In this document: piece after piece, positions 1-12,009 of the stretch
How the letters are laid out: each line of letters begins with the position of its first letter
How positions within the stretch are numbered: position 1 is the first letter of the stretch
Virus record (IMG/VR): IMGVR_UViG_3300045988_165521
Direction: 5' to 3' (one strand)
Source of the DNA: a virus
Length of the DNA: 64,000 nucleotides
The notes under the pieces: model-generated
The model's database searches: none
What the model was told of the DNA's origin: nothing
Seen by the model: the letters and a program-made list of their open reading frames with translations, nothing else
Translations under genes and position numbers: made by a program

Positions 1-3000
1 CAGTAATAACAGTTTTTAAGTTGTTATAGAAATTTGCAGAAGGATATGCAATTAAAGACAATAAATAAACTGCCTGATCATAATCAGTAATCGCTTCAGT
101 ATCTCTAGCAAGCTTAGTAGGTCTTGCTGTAATTAAAGAAGTTGGTTCGAATAGTGAAGTGATGCGGTCAACTATTTCGCTATTAGATAATTTTTGATCA
201 TCTATAAGTTGATAGATTTTGGTTTCTAATCTAATAGAAGCCTCTTCAAATTCTTTAAAATTACTCTCCTTAATTTCTCCTGATGGAAAATCTGATTCAG
301 CAATTAATTGGTTAAGATCTAAGTTAAATAATGATGCAAACTTATCTTTGATTACAGAATTTTCATTATTAAGTAACAGATTTGTAAATCTCTGTCTCAT
401 ATTAATAGCAATATCTTTCTGTTCTCTAATTTTTTGTGCATTATTATTTTCTGCAATATTTATTAATGTATCAAGTCTAACCTTAATTGCTTTAAGATCT
501 GAAGACATATTAACGGCAGTTTCTGTATCAATTTCTGCAAGTAGATCTTTAGCTAATTTTTTCTTGAACTTATTAATTTGAGTGTTATATCCTCCATCTA
601 TAGAAGCAATAACAAGAGAATTTAAAATATCAATAAATCTACTGGTTTCTTTAAGTCTAGTTAAAGCATCCTTATTATTAATAATATAATCCTCTAATGA
701 ATCACTATTAAGGTAACTATTATACTCTTTTACAATCAAATTAACAATATTTTGACTAATTCCATTAGTAGATACTGCAAATTTTTCTAATAACTCATAT
801 GCAGGGGATACCTTAATTTCAGATTTAAGATCTGAAACCTCATTAATAAAATCAATAAACGTTCTTCCAGATATTCTCGGAATAATTCCAGCTAATATTT
901 CATCTGCACTTTGTCCTAAAAAGTCTGATAAATTTACTAATCCATCACTTTGTAAAAGATTTTGATATGCAGTTTTAATTTGATTTATATCTCCTTTTGA
1001 TACAATATCTTGAAAAACAGCTAAGTCATTTGCAATTCCAAGAGTCATTGACTCATAGCCTACACTATCACCTTCTGTTCTTTCTATATATGTATTAATA
1101 GCTTTTTCTCAATTAGCTGCAGCAATTCCTTCAGTAAATCCATTTACATAAAAATAACTCTTCATTAATGCAACAAGGTCTACATCTGTTACATCAGTAT
1201 ATAAAGAATTGGTCTTTAAATAGTTTAAGAAGTCAATATAGCTATTTGCATATGTATTTAAGGCAGCTTCATTATCAGCTATAAATGTATCTGGTCTAGC
1301 TAATACTTTTCTACCTTCTTCACTCAGCTCCTGAGTTAATCCAAATTCATGTCTTTTAACTAAGAAATCTTTGTAGTTTTCAGTTAATTGTAATTTAGTT
1401 TGAAGTTCAGATACTTCTTCATTAATTTCAACTCCTTCGGGAAGTTTAGAAATAGCTTCATCTATTTGTGCCTTTAGATTAGCAATTTCTTTATCAATGT
1501 TTTTAATACGATTAGTTTGAATAGTTTCACCTGGAGCATAAGCTTTACTTAAGTCTACAGTTTTTTGAGATACAGCTACTAAATCTTGTGCAATAGATTC
1601 ATTTAGACTATTAAATAAATCATACGCAGCAAACACCTTTGTTTTCTCAGTTGATTTAGAATATTTTTCATATTCTTCTTTAATCACAACTTTTTCATCA
1701 GATGTTAATTGATCGAAGTCTTTCTGATATCGAACTTTGGTAAAATTATGAATACCTAAGTCATCAACAAAAGCAGTTGCTAATGCAGGAGTAGCTGCAA
1801 ATCTTGCTTGCCCAAAATAATAGTCATTAAGTTCTCCAGAGACTATTTTATCACGTCTTGCTCTTAAATCATCAAGTTTTGCTTTTAGTCTTTGAAATTC
1901 TACATCATTTTGAGCTGCTGCTATTTTGTTATCCACATCTTTAGGAGTTTTAGGCTCAAGTTCAGTAGGAGTAATCTTAGATTCTAAAGCTACTTTAGTT
2001 TTTAAGATATCTTCTGTAAGATCATTCCAATCAGAGAATATTTTACTATAAACTCCAGTTTCAATTAACTGATTTTTAAGGCTTTCTCTCTGAATATTCT
2101 TAGCTAAATTTTCAGTTACATTAATACCAGTCATAGCTGATAATGCTTGTAACTCTTCATCAGAAATGTTTAGTCCCTCTTCATTGATAATACTATCAAT
2201 CCGATCGATGTAACTATTAATTTGGTTATAAATAACATCGTTCTGAGATTCTCCTTCTTTTGCAGATTCGTAATTAATTTTATATCCGTCAGGCTCTTTA
2301 ACAAGTTCAAACGATTTACCCGAAAGATTTCTACTTCCAAGAGCTCCTTTATCACGTAATCTTGTTAATTCTCTTTTTAAATCAGAGGTTTTGCCATTTC
2401 TTATTAAGTATATAATTTCTTGTAGAGAATCATTAGGTTTTTGAATTGCCTCATCATTTATAGAATTAATTCTTGAATCTCATTTTTCATGTAAACTAAA
2501 TACAGCACCACCAATAGCACCTCCCATAAATGCAGAAGTATAACGTGCAAACGCTTCTTCTGTACTTATACCAAAATCGAGTTGTTTATCCTTATCTACA
2601 ATACCCATTGTGTTTAACGCTGAGTAAAGTGCTTTTACCATGTCAGATGAAACTTCTTCTGCTACTTCTTCAACTCCTTCATTAACACTGTCATATAAAA
2701 TATTTCCAGGTTTCATTTTAGAGATTCGTTGCTGAATTTGGTTTTTAGTTTTCATAACCCAATTTGCAGCAGCTTTAGGAGAAACAATTCCTTTGTTGAT
2801 GTTTTCATTAGTTACTTTTTCAGCAACGTCTTTAATAACTCCTTTTACAGATGTACGGTCGAGATATGTATCTTTAAACCAAAAATCTTTAAAATAGTCA
2901 TTATTCATTAATGCAAACATTGCTCCCATTACAGATAACATTCCTAATCCTGCAACTCTATCAGATGCTCCAGCTTGCTTAAACGCATCATAGGCATCTG

Positions 3001-4174
3001 TAGAAGAGGTTCCTGCCATATAAGCTAAAGATAAAGCTCTACCTCATTTAATTGTATTTTCACTAACATTTTCTTTACCTACTATTCACTTCGGTATTTG
3101 CCCAATTACTCTTTGTTGAAATAATTGTCTTGAGCTATCTTCAACTAATTTTCCAATATTTTCTACGTTTCAGAAACTATTTCTTCCATAATCAGAAACA
3201 CTTCCATCAAATCTAGAAAACCAAGCTTGAATATCGGTAGCAGTTTGTGCTGATTTAGAGTTAGTTAAATCTCCCTTAGCAATACCTTCGATACTTCTAA
3301 ATAATACTGGGAATAATTTTCCTATTTCAACAGCAGCTGTCATACCACCATATACTTGTCCAACATATGGAATAAGCATTGGACCTACTTTAAATAAAAC
3401 CTTTGCTAAGGTACCTCCAACACTTTTATCTAATCCATCTGAATCAAAGAAATCATATTTATTCCATTTACTTCCATCAACAGTTAATGTATCAGAGATA
3501 TGTAAAATATCTTTCCCTGTAAGTGGTCTATTTCCTAATGTTTCATAAAATGGATCTCCCTCACTATTAAATTTTAAATCTCCTGCTTTATGTGAAACAG
3601 TTCTTCCATTTACTTCATGAGTTCCATCTTCATCTCATTGAGCTAATACAAGTGTAGGACGAGCTATAGCACCTAGTCCACCTCATTCATTAGGTGTTCA
3701 ATCCTCAAACTTACCAGTATCATAATTAAATATCTTATTTGTTTGTGCTACTTCACGTATCGACATAGTTGGATCAGAAGTTTCATATAGATTAACTATA
3801 CCTCGACTTCTTCTTTCAGGATTAGAGAATTTAACTAATCTTGAACTAACATCCAGTACATCGCCGCCGAGAGGTGCAAAATAATCTGCAGGATCATATG
3901 TAAATGAATCCATAGCAGTACTTGCTAAATTAGCTTCATCTGCACGATTATATAAGTCTAAAACGTCTTTATAATATGTATCGAATTTTTGATTATCAAA
4001 TTCTCCTCTATCGTTTTTAAACGCCTCTTGTATTTCTGGTATACCTTTATAATATTCTCTATCTTTAACATTAGAGTTATCAGGAGTTATTCCTAAATTA
4101 ACTAACTCTTGAACACTTTTGTCTGGCTGAAAAAATAATGCCGCCAGCCAATCATTTTTCTTCTGATCCATCAT
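1..4174 (-). CDS. giant virion-associated protein; C-terminus runs off the window start; >=1391 codons with TGA read as Trp
   Basis: ATG at 4174..4172, with an in-frame TAA just upstream (4178-4180). Track pieces 3698..4174, 3170..3379, 2480..3019 and 1109..2134 share one frame and are separated only by TGA. I checked every in-frame triplet from 4174 down to base 2 and found no TAA/TAG. Function is not recognisable. Confidence 0.7.
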
Positions 4175-4177
4175 ACT

Positions 4178-6073
4178 TTAAAAATTAGCTTTTATGCTTT
4201 GTTGTTGTTTTTTCAGATTTGCCTGATTATATATATCTCTATATTCACTAGCACTTCCAATTTCATGATTAGATGCAACAGTTGCAAGTTTAGAATCATG
4301 CATAGGCATAAATATCATTCCTTTATACATTGAATTTTTATTGCCATGAAATATTTTTCCAAAGAAGCCTGGCTTAAAGTTATCAACCTTTTTGTCTGAT
4401 TTCTTTACTACATCTCCTCCATAATTTACATAAGTTGAATAGATATCAAATATTCTATCTTTATCTGGTCCATCAACATGTCATAACCAAGGAGAATTAC
4501 TATCAAAGTCAATAGCTTTATCACTAGCATAACCTGATAATCCAAAAAATACCATCATATCTTCAGGTCTGAATTTTCATCTATTAGTTTCAGTATCAAA
4601 CTCTAAGTCTAGATCATATTCATGTAATTTTTCTATCATTCTTTGTCTAGATACATTAGGATTATCTTCAATTCATTCCTCAAATTTTGTATATCGATCA
4701 TATGCATCTAAGTCAGGCTTATAAACTCCCATTTGTTCTGCATCTCGATCTTTTGGAAGTCACATTCTACTAAGTGAACTAGAGCCATCTCACACAAGTC
4801 TATTTAAATCAATATCTGATATTCTTTGATCTCCAAAGAAAATAGAATTTTTATCAACAATATTACCTATTTCAGCCTTATCCAATACATTTTTTAATGT
4901 ATTTTGAGTTACTTGTGTGCCATTCTTATCTTGTAATGGATAATCCCTAGTTACAATTTCTAACCCTCCTTTGGCATCAGATGTTGATAAAACTGCAATT
5001 TTAGGATCTACAACTCTACCTGCAGCAATAGTTTCTAGAGAGCTTCTATTAACATCTTTATCAGTTCCTCCAGAACTTCCACTGCCTGCTTTAGATGCAG
5101 TTGAATCATAATCTAAAGCTTGTGTATTTTCTACACTATGATTTGTATGTTCAACTACAGCAATTTGTAGTAATCGTTTTACATCTTCAGGATTACTTGG
5201 ATTAAAACCTTCAGCAGCTGCTTGAGCTCTTAAAACGTTTTTCATATTTTGTGGAAGAGTCTTATATAAATAATTAACAGCTAAATCAAGACTTTCTTTA
5301 TCATGATATCCCTGATTAGATGTACTATTTGATTCTGTAACTTTATATATTCCATCTGGTCCATTAAATCCTAATAATTGTTCAAATCCTTTTTCAATTT
5401 TATTCTGATATTTAGAAGTATATCTATCAAACTGATTTGAGGATTTATTAGTTCCAAACGCTCCAATAGTAGCTTTTACATAATCTACTATAGATTTCAT
5501 TCCAACTGTATTAGATAAATCTGTAAGGATACTATTATTATATGCTAGTTCTGGACGTTCTTCTCGAAGATGAATTAATTGAGAATTAGTTAATGCTTGA
5601 TATTTTTGTGGATTTTTATAATAAGTATCTGCAGATATAGTCTTAATACTGCCGTCTTTATTATACACATATAAGCTACCTTCATTACTAATTGCAACTT
5701 CAGACCCAGATCCTTCTTTAATAATTTGTTCTGATGCAGTTTCATGTAATTCATTATTATGTTTAATTCTATTAGCTAAAGATTGTAATCTAATTAAATC
5801 AGACATATCATATTGATTACTCTGTCCAGATACAAATAATTCACCTAAGTTTTGAGATTTTCTTAAAAAACTATTAGCTCTATCTAAGAAGTAATCTACA
5901 TCATTAGGTAACCCATTCTCTTTAAGAACATTAATAATTTCTTTTTGAATAAGTTGTTCTTCTTTATTTTCACTTGTTTTAGAGGTCTGAGTAGCAACTT
6001 GTGTAGGCTCTGCAGCATCTCTAAAAAAGGGGGTATAACTAATACCCCCGTTTTGATATCTCTTTATCTTCAT
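4178..6073 (-). CDS. large virion protein, 631 aa, N-terminus MKIKRYQNGG
   Basis: ATG at 6073. The track ORF 4790..6073 ends at TGA. The same frame stays open (only TGA at 4790, 4760, 4673, 4577, 4481) until TAA at 4178-4180. Confidence 0.7.
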
Positions 6074-6075
6074 AT

Positions 6076-9000
6076 TTATGACATCATTTTTAGAAATAAC
6101 TTAATAATGTTATTATTTAGTTCTCCAACAGCCTTATTGATAGCTTTTTGCTGGTCTAGATATTGTTGCTCATCTGTTTTACGTAAATATCTACCGCCAG
6201 ATTTATAACTATAAGGTATAAATCTTTGAATAGGAATTTGCTCAGGATTAGTATAATTAATTAAATATGGTTTTGTATCTAATTTGTTTCCTCCAAGCCA
6301 AAATCTTCTTTGAGATTGCTGATAAGGATTAACTAAAGCCTCAATTCCATATTTACTTCTATTAGTAGCAATATCTCCAGAATATTTGTAATTTAAATAA
6401 TCATCGATTTTCCAACCACTATATTCTGGATTTTTACCCTCATTCTGTTGCCAATTATAGAACTCATTAATTTTACTATTTCTAAAATTAGTAAACCAAT
6501 TACTGAAATCTCCAGCAGCCTTTTGTTGTGCTAATTGAGCTTGTAAAGCTTGTTTTTCATTTAGATCCTTGGCATAGTCTCCTCTTAACTGATAAATAAG
6601 ATTCTTAACATTTTGAGTTTGTTGCGTAATCTTATTAGCATCAGCCATATCTAACTGAGCTAAACCTTGTGCTCAACGGTTTCTATTCTCATTAGTTATC
6701 TGAGTTCTAATATTAGCGTATTGTTGTTTTTGAGCAAGTAACTTATCATTATATTGATCTATCATTTGAGAAAATTTAGCATCTCTTTCTCCTTCTAATT
6801 GATCAACATTCATATCTCTCATAAGTCTTTCTGCTAATACTTTATTTGGATCACTAGTCGATGTCTTATATTGACGCATACTTTTAATGCGATCATTATA
6901 CATTCTATGCAACCCATTATCACTAAATCTAGAGTAAAACTCAGTAGGCATTTGTTGTTGAGAACCTATCATTCCTTTACGAATGGCATCTTTCATTTTT
7001 TGGGTAGTACGATTGATACCTATTGTAGAAGTAATAAAGTCTCCTATTCCCATTACCATATCAGGATTAATATTAAATCCTTTTCCTTTGCCATGTCCAA
7101 AAGCTGTATAATCAGAGTTATCTGTATTATATGAGGATCTGTTTAAATTAGACAAAGTTCTACTAGTAGAATCATTAAGTAATTCTTCTTTTGAATCTAA
7201 CCTTCCTTTAAACCCAAGATTATTATTAATTTGAGCCATTTTAGCATCATTTAAAATTGAATTATACTGATTCCTCACTACAGTATTTTGAGGTGATTGA
7301 ACAGCTTTATTTAAGCTTGTAGAAGCACGTTTAATAGGAGTTCCAACAACAGCAACTGGATCTACTTGTACATTAATCGGATTATTATTTTTATCTAGCA
7401 TATAATCAGCTACACTAGTTCAATTTTGATCTATTGGAGTACTAAATGTAGGATACTTAGTACCAGGTTGTGCTTTTATAATTTTACCGCCTTTTTTATA
7501 AAATACTGGATTATTCTCTGGTTTATAATACCAGAGATGTTGTGGTTGATTACTAAATATTCCTAAGTTAGGAGCTAAGTTAGAATAGATTGGCATTGTA
7601 ATAGGTCTCCGTTTTAGAGCTGTAACAGATGTAAACATTTCAGGTCCTCCGAAAAATCTTTGAACTTGAGAAGTTTGTTTATCTACATAGTTCTTAAAAT
7701 AAGGATTACTTCTATTAGTTTTTGCATCTCTAGTAGCAGCAGTCTTATTCCAATTTCACCAACCCATATCATCTGGATTTCTATAAGTACTAGGAAGTTC
7801 ATCATATTTAAATTGTCCTGTATTAAGTCCTTTACCTATTGAAGACTTCCAAGGTTTTCTCCAATTGAAATTTACATTAGAAGAACGTTTAATACCATAC
7901 TCAGAAAGTAAGTCAGTAACATTATCTGTTTTAGCTTTACCTAATTTTCCAATAATTATTTCCTCTAACTTTTCAGTTTTTTGATTTTTTGGAAGTGAAT
8001 TGACCGACTCAATCTCAGAACGACCTAATTTAATGGTAGGAAGATTTTTGTTATTAGTTGGTTTTAAAGTAACCATATCAGAGTTTCCTCCTTTTAATTT
8101 TGCACTTCCTGTGTTACGTTTTAAATTAGCAAAACCTCTAACTCCATTTAATACAGTACGAACATCTTTAATAGTTCATTTACCATCTTGAATATTTTCT
8201 CATGCAGTTGCTAATCCAGATGCAGCACTTCCAAAACTAACTCCTCTAGTTGCTCACTTAACAGCATTTGCGACAGCCTTAGATTTCTTTAAAGCTTTAG
8301 CTATTTTTGCTGCCTTAGCTCCTGAGCCAATCCCAGGAAGTAAAGTAGCTGCATCTAATCCTAGATTAAGTGCTAAATTACTAACATCGCCTCAATCTAA
8401 TCCATCTCTAGCAATATCTGCTCCAAAACCAGTTAATGAACCTACTGCACCAACTCCAGCTCCAGCAACATTGCCAAATCCTGGTACAAAAGTAGCACCT
8501 AAAGAAGCAGCATCTGCAACTAAAGCTGCAATTTCAGCTTTGTCAGCAGCAGTTAATTGTGTACCATCTCCAATAGTTTTTTCTTCTCCAGCAGCGCGAA
8601 GTTTTTTATCTGATTGTTGAATTGCTTGTTTACTAGCTTTTGCACTATTAACTCTATTTGCAGCAACTCCTCCAATTTGATATTTAATAACTCCTCCGTT
8701 TTTATTACTTGGAACTCTATAAGCTAAACCTAATTGTTCTAAGCCTTCAGGAGTAGTAATACTTCTTAGAGCAGAATTACCTCCTGTTCCTGAATATTGC
8801 TGTTGATACTTACCAAGCGTTTGAGTTTTAATTAAATCCTGAAATAATTGATATAAATCAGGATATTTTTGTCCAATAATTGGATTAAACTTAGCATGAC
8901 GAGTACTAATTGTAGCTATATATGGATTTCTAATAATATCACTAATATATCCCTTAACTTCTGGATCTCTTAAGATTTCAGGATGTTGCTCAATATATTG

Positions 9001-10686
9001 TCCTAAACGAGAATCAATATTCCAATAATAATTTCTCATACTATCTTCAGATCCAGGTAAACGACTATTTAATGTATAGTTATCATTTCCTGGGTTTTCG
9101 TCATGAAAATAGTATAATTGAGTTTGAGGATTATAATACAATGTAGCTCTTGTTTGAGGATTTGAAGCATCTCCAGTACTTGCTACTTCTTTATATCCTC
9201 CAGTATTTCCTATAGTATAGTAACTATTAAAAGCAGTTGTAGGATTATTTTCATAGTAAGAATTAACTATATTTGGATCTAATTGCTCTTGTAAAGTATT
9301 ATTATAATTAATTCTTTGTTTAGTTAAAGGATCAATATATACTCTTTCTGCTAAAGTTCTTAAAGGGTGTCCATAGGGATCAAACTGAGAAGAATCTTCA
9401 GGATTGTAATTAGGAAAATAATCATAAACTAAAGGATCACCTGCTTGTCTAACATAGTTACCAGTTAGATCTGCAGCATATCGATTTGGTTGAAAATACG
9501 GGGACCACATTGGATTACCTTCTGAATCAACAGAAGTACTAAACCATGGAGATCTAGAACGATTTTCATCCCAATATTGTTTAATAATTGAAGAATTACC
9601 AGCAGTTCTCTTATTATCTGCTACAAAATCTAAATACTTTTGAATTTTAGATAAACTATCTTGGTCATCACCCCTATATACTTTTCCATTAATAACAAAT
9701 AAACCAGAGTCATCTGGAATATAATCCGCATAACTTCCATATTTTCTTTTAAATTCATTATTAAGTCATGCATCTCCAGTTCCAATATATGATAATAATT
9801 CTGGATTATTTATAGTTACATTCCCATTTGAATCAACGTTAAATAGGTTATGGTACTTATCATAATCTCATCCTGCTTTACTTCAGTTTTCTTTTGTTTT
9901 CTTAAGTTCTTCTTGTGCAGGATCTACTTCTTTTTGAGCTTGAACAGGTTTACTTCCTCCTAAAAAGATACCAATATCATCTAATGCCATAGCATCTTCA
10001 TCCGTCCAATTTCCTTGTTCAAGCCTAGATATAATATCTTCTATGCCTTGCTCACCATATTTATTGTAAAAGTCTATATAAGCTTGCTTATCTAAATCAT
10101 TATAGCCTTTAAATTGATCATTATCCCCATAACCTGCAATATCTTTTAGACTACGAAGTCTTCTAGTTGCTTTTAGATTATTAGCTCCATTTATATAAAC
10201 TCTATTTCCATTTACTAATTCAAAATCTCCAGTATCTTTATTACGCTTATATTCCATAGTAATATCACTAGACCAATCTCTAATATTAATTGGATCTAAT
10301 GCTTCTACTGGCTTTTTATATTGAAAATCCTTTAAAGCATGAACTGCATTTCTTGCAGTATTTTCTTTTCCCCTTCATAGATTTCCAAAACTTCTGCCAA
10401 GTCTACTTCGACGTTTACCTAAACGTTCTGCTTGATTATTAGTAACATCAAACTGTACTCCTTCTAATCTATCGGCACTAGAATTATATGATAAATTAGC
10501 ACCTGATCTTAGAGCATCAGTTATTTTACTAAATTGATATGCAGTATCTTGATCTAATGTTTTTCCATAAGAAGACATCTGATTTAGAAAATCATCATCA
10601 ACCTGATATTGATTACCATCTATAGTAAAAGTGCCGTATTTTTGAGGAGTAGAACCACCTTGTTGATATTTAATTACTTGTGCCAT
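6076..10686 (-). CDS. giant tape-measure/ejection-like virion protein, 1536 aa
   Basis: Seven track ORFs (10375..10686, 9883..10257, 8392..9510, 7756..8076, 7420..7638, 6673..7401, 6076..6648) are in one frame. Every break is TGA and every gap was checked free of TAA/TAG. The real stop is TAA at 6076. The protein has a Gly/Ala-rich hydrophobic stretch (VPGFGNVAGAGVGAVGSLTGFG), coiled-coil-like Q-rich parts and several [YF][KQ]xGG motifs. Confidence 0.7.
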
Positions 10687-10710
10687 TTTATCACACTTGC
10701 TTTATATATA

Positions 10711-10744
10711 AAAAGGGAGATTGATCATATCAAATCTCCCTTTT
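10711..10744 (-). terminator. intrinsic terminator hairpin after 10762..11091
   Basis: Stem gggagatt (10715-10722) pairs with aatctccc (10733-10740). A-run and T-run flanks give a U-tract on the minus-strand transcript. Confidence 0.65.
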
Positions 10745-10761
10745 ATCTAATGATCATTAAA

Positions 10762-11091
10762 TTACTTTTTAGCAAAGAATTTATTTTTCATTTCCCCGCC
10801 ATTTTCTTTCTTAGCACATTTCTTGCGGCCTACCATCTTTCCACCTTTCTTAAATACAGGTTCTCCTTCAGGAACTTGTCCAACAGGACCTTGTGGTCCT
10901 TCGCTCATAGCTTGTTGTAAAAGAGCTAAGAAACCTTCACAGACTTGAGCCATTGCTTGACAGTCTTGCGTCTGTAATGCTTGAGCTGCCATTTCTGCTA
11001 ACATTTGTAGTGGATCTTGTCCACCTTGTGGACCAGCAGGTGCCGCAGGAACAGGAGCGGACCCGCCTTCTTGATACTTTTTAACTTTCAT
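10762..11091 (-). CDS. small GC-rich Ala/Gln/Pro-rich protein (109 aa) with its own promoter and terminator
   Basis: Intact ORF with no TGA. It starts MKVKKYQEGG and has FKKGG near the C-terminus. GC content is far above that of its neighbours. Confidence 0.75.
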   Translation of the reverse strand: MKVKKYQEGGSAPVPAAPAGPQGGQDPLQMLAEMAAQALQTQDCQAMAQVCEGFLALLQQAMSEGPQGPVGQVPEGEPVFKKGGKMVGRKKCAKKENGGEMKNKFFAKK

Positions 11092-11159
11092 AATTTAAAT
11101 TATTTTAATTTTTATAGATATCTCATAACTCTATGATTGTCATATATTCATTTAATGCC

Positions 11160-11191
11160 CAAAGATAACACTTTAGTTCTTAATATCCAAA
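11160..11191 (-). promoter_or_regulatory. Bacteroidota-type promoter (TTTG-N20-TAtcTTTG)
   Basis: The minus strand reads TTTGgatattaagaactaaagtgtTAtcTTTG, about 70 nt upstream of the ATG at 11091. Confidence 0.6.
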
Positions 11192-11372
11192 TAAAATTAC
11201 TAAAATTTTCATTTACACTAAATTTTTATGAAAACACTTGCTACATTAGCAATATTATATTATCTTTGTTCCACAACCCAAGAGTATAAAATGAGTCTAT
11301 TTCATTCTCTTTGGAGATGCTAGATTAAACATGAGGCAATATAGGGTTATAAAAGATAGTTAGTATCTTTTA

Positions 11373-11396
11373 AGGAGAGTAAGAAATTACTCTCCT
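11373..11396. terminator. hairpin after the DUF192 gene
   Basis: aggagagt (11373-11380) pairs with actctcct (11389-11396). The T-run lies on the plus side, so the effective direction is uncertain. Confidence 0.4.
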
Positions 11397-11406
11397 TTTT
11401 CTTTAT

Positions 11407-12009
11407 CTATTTAGGAGATTCGATAAACTCACTTGGACGATTATCCTGTTCATTTATATATTTAAAAATCTTTTTTCCAAGTTTAGCATAATCAGAATCA
11501 GCTTTACTTTTATTAGCTCTTTTTGCTAATTTTATTAAAGTTCTAGAATTTTTTCTTGAGAAAATACGTTCGCCACCAACTAAATCCATTTGAGGTTTTC
11601 CATCAGATCCAAGAATATACATTTTATCAATTTCTTTTTCATCTATATCCTCTTCAAAGTCTAATTCGTCTCCAATCTGAATTCCAGAATTAGCATTAAC
11701 TTCTAATACATATTTAGTTCTTCCTTCTTCATCTTCAGGAGTAGAAATAATTGGTTCAGAACTATGAGCTTTACCTAATACTACATTATAAACTTCATCA
11801 TCTTGATTTATAAATACTAAATCAATATCGAATTCCATTTCCTCTGTATTAAATACTACTTGACCTTGATCTTCAGGCATTATAAATAACATACCCTCGT
11901 CATCATCCATAGATTCTACATTACCTAAACCCTGAATTCTTTCTTCTTCCGTTTCTGCTATTAGAACTTTATATTCTTTATCTGCTATTTCTATTTTTAC
12001 CTCTTTCAT
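11407..12009 (-). CDS. DUF192-domain protein (200 aa)
   Basis: The N-terminal half matches the DUF192 pattern (..RIQGLGNVESMDDDEGMLFIMPE..VFNTEEMEFDIDLVFIN..). The ATG overlaps the upstream stop in a TAATG junction at 12007-12011. Confidence 0.6.
   Translation of the reverse strand: MKEVKIEIADKEYKVLIAETEEERIQGLGNVESMDDDEGMLFIMPEDQGQVVFNTEEMEFDIDLVFINQDDEVYNVVLGKAHSSEPIISTPEDEEGRTKYVLEVNANSGIQIGDELDFEEDIDEKEIDKMYILGSDGKPQMDLVGGERIFSRKNSRTLIKLAKRANKSKADSDYAKLGKKIFKYINEQDNRPSEFIESPK

Noticed and set aside
141-156. GGTTCGAAT, a tRNA T-loop-like string
   Set aside because: It lies inside the giant minus-strand ORF, and no acceptor, D or anticodon arms can be drawn around it. No convincing tRNA was seen in any intergenic gap (11092..11406, 34449..34615, 58823..58997).
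219-581. Plus-strand ORFs antisense to the long minus-strand genes (219..581, 2729..2911, 5945..6208, 6871..7134, 7660..7842, 8000..8191, 10609..10920, 12810..13254, 14492..14713, 17158..17355, 19120..19365, 20671..20910, 21675..21884, 24132..24580, 30373..30591, 32221..32418, 34213..34431, 35381..35641, 39789..40013, 40428..40922, 42390..42629, 45483..45746, 50337..50567, 51106..51288, 54243..54485, 54918..55289, 55805..56032, 57652..57849, 58131..58346, 60825..61034, 61527..61712, 62052..62252)
   Set aside because: Each lies entirely inside a long, well-supported minus-strand gene. Their translations are low-complexity (S/L/F/I-rich), typical of the antisense strand of AT-rich coding DNA. 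None has promoter or terminator context.
6028-6050. G5...C5 inverted repeat (gggggtataactaataccccc)
   Set aside because: It lies within the first codons of 4178..6073 (YQNGGISYTPFF) and is explained by the coding sequence. The stem is short and the loop is 11 nt.
11092-11406. Largest non-coding gap examined for an sRNA, tRNA or small gene
   Set aside because: Only a consensus promoter and a hairpin could be supported. The 10-codon plus-strand ORF (ATGAGTCTATTT...) has no supporting signals. An sRNA ending at the 11373..11396 hairpin cannot be excluded but is unsupported.
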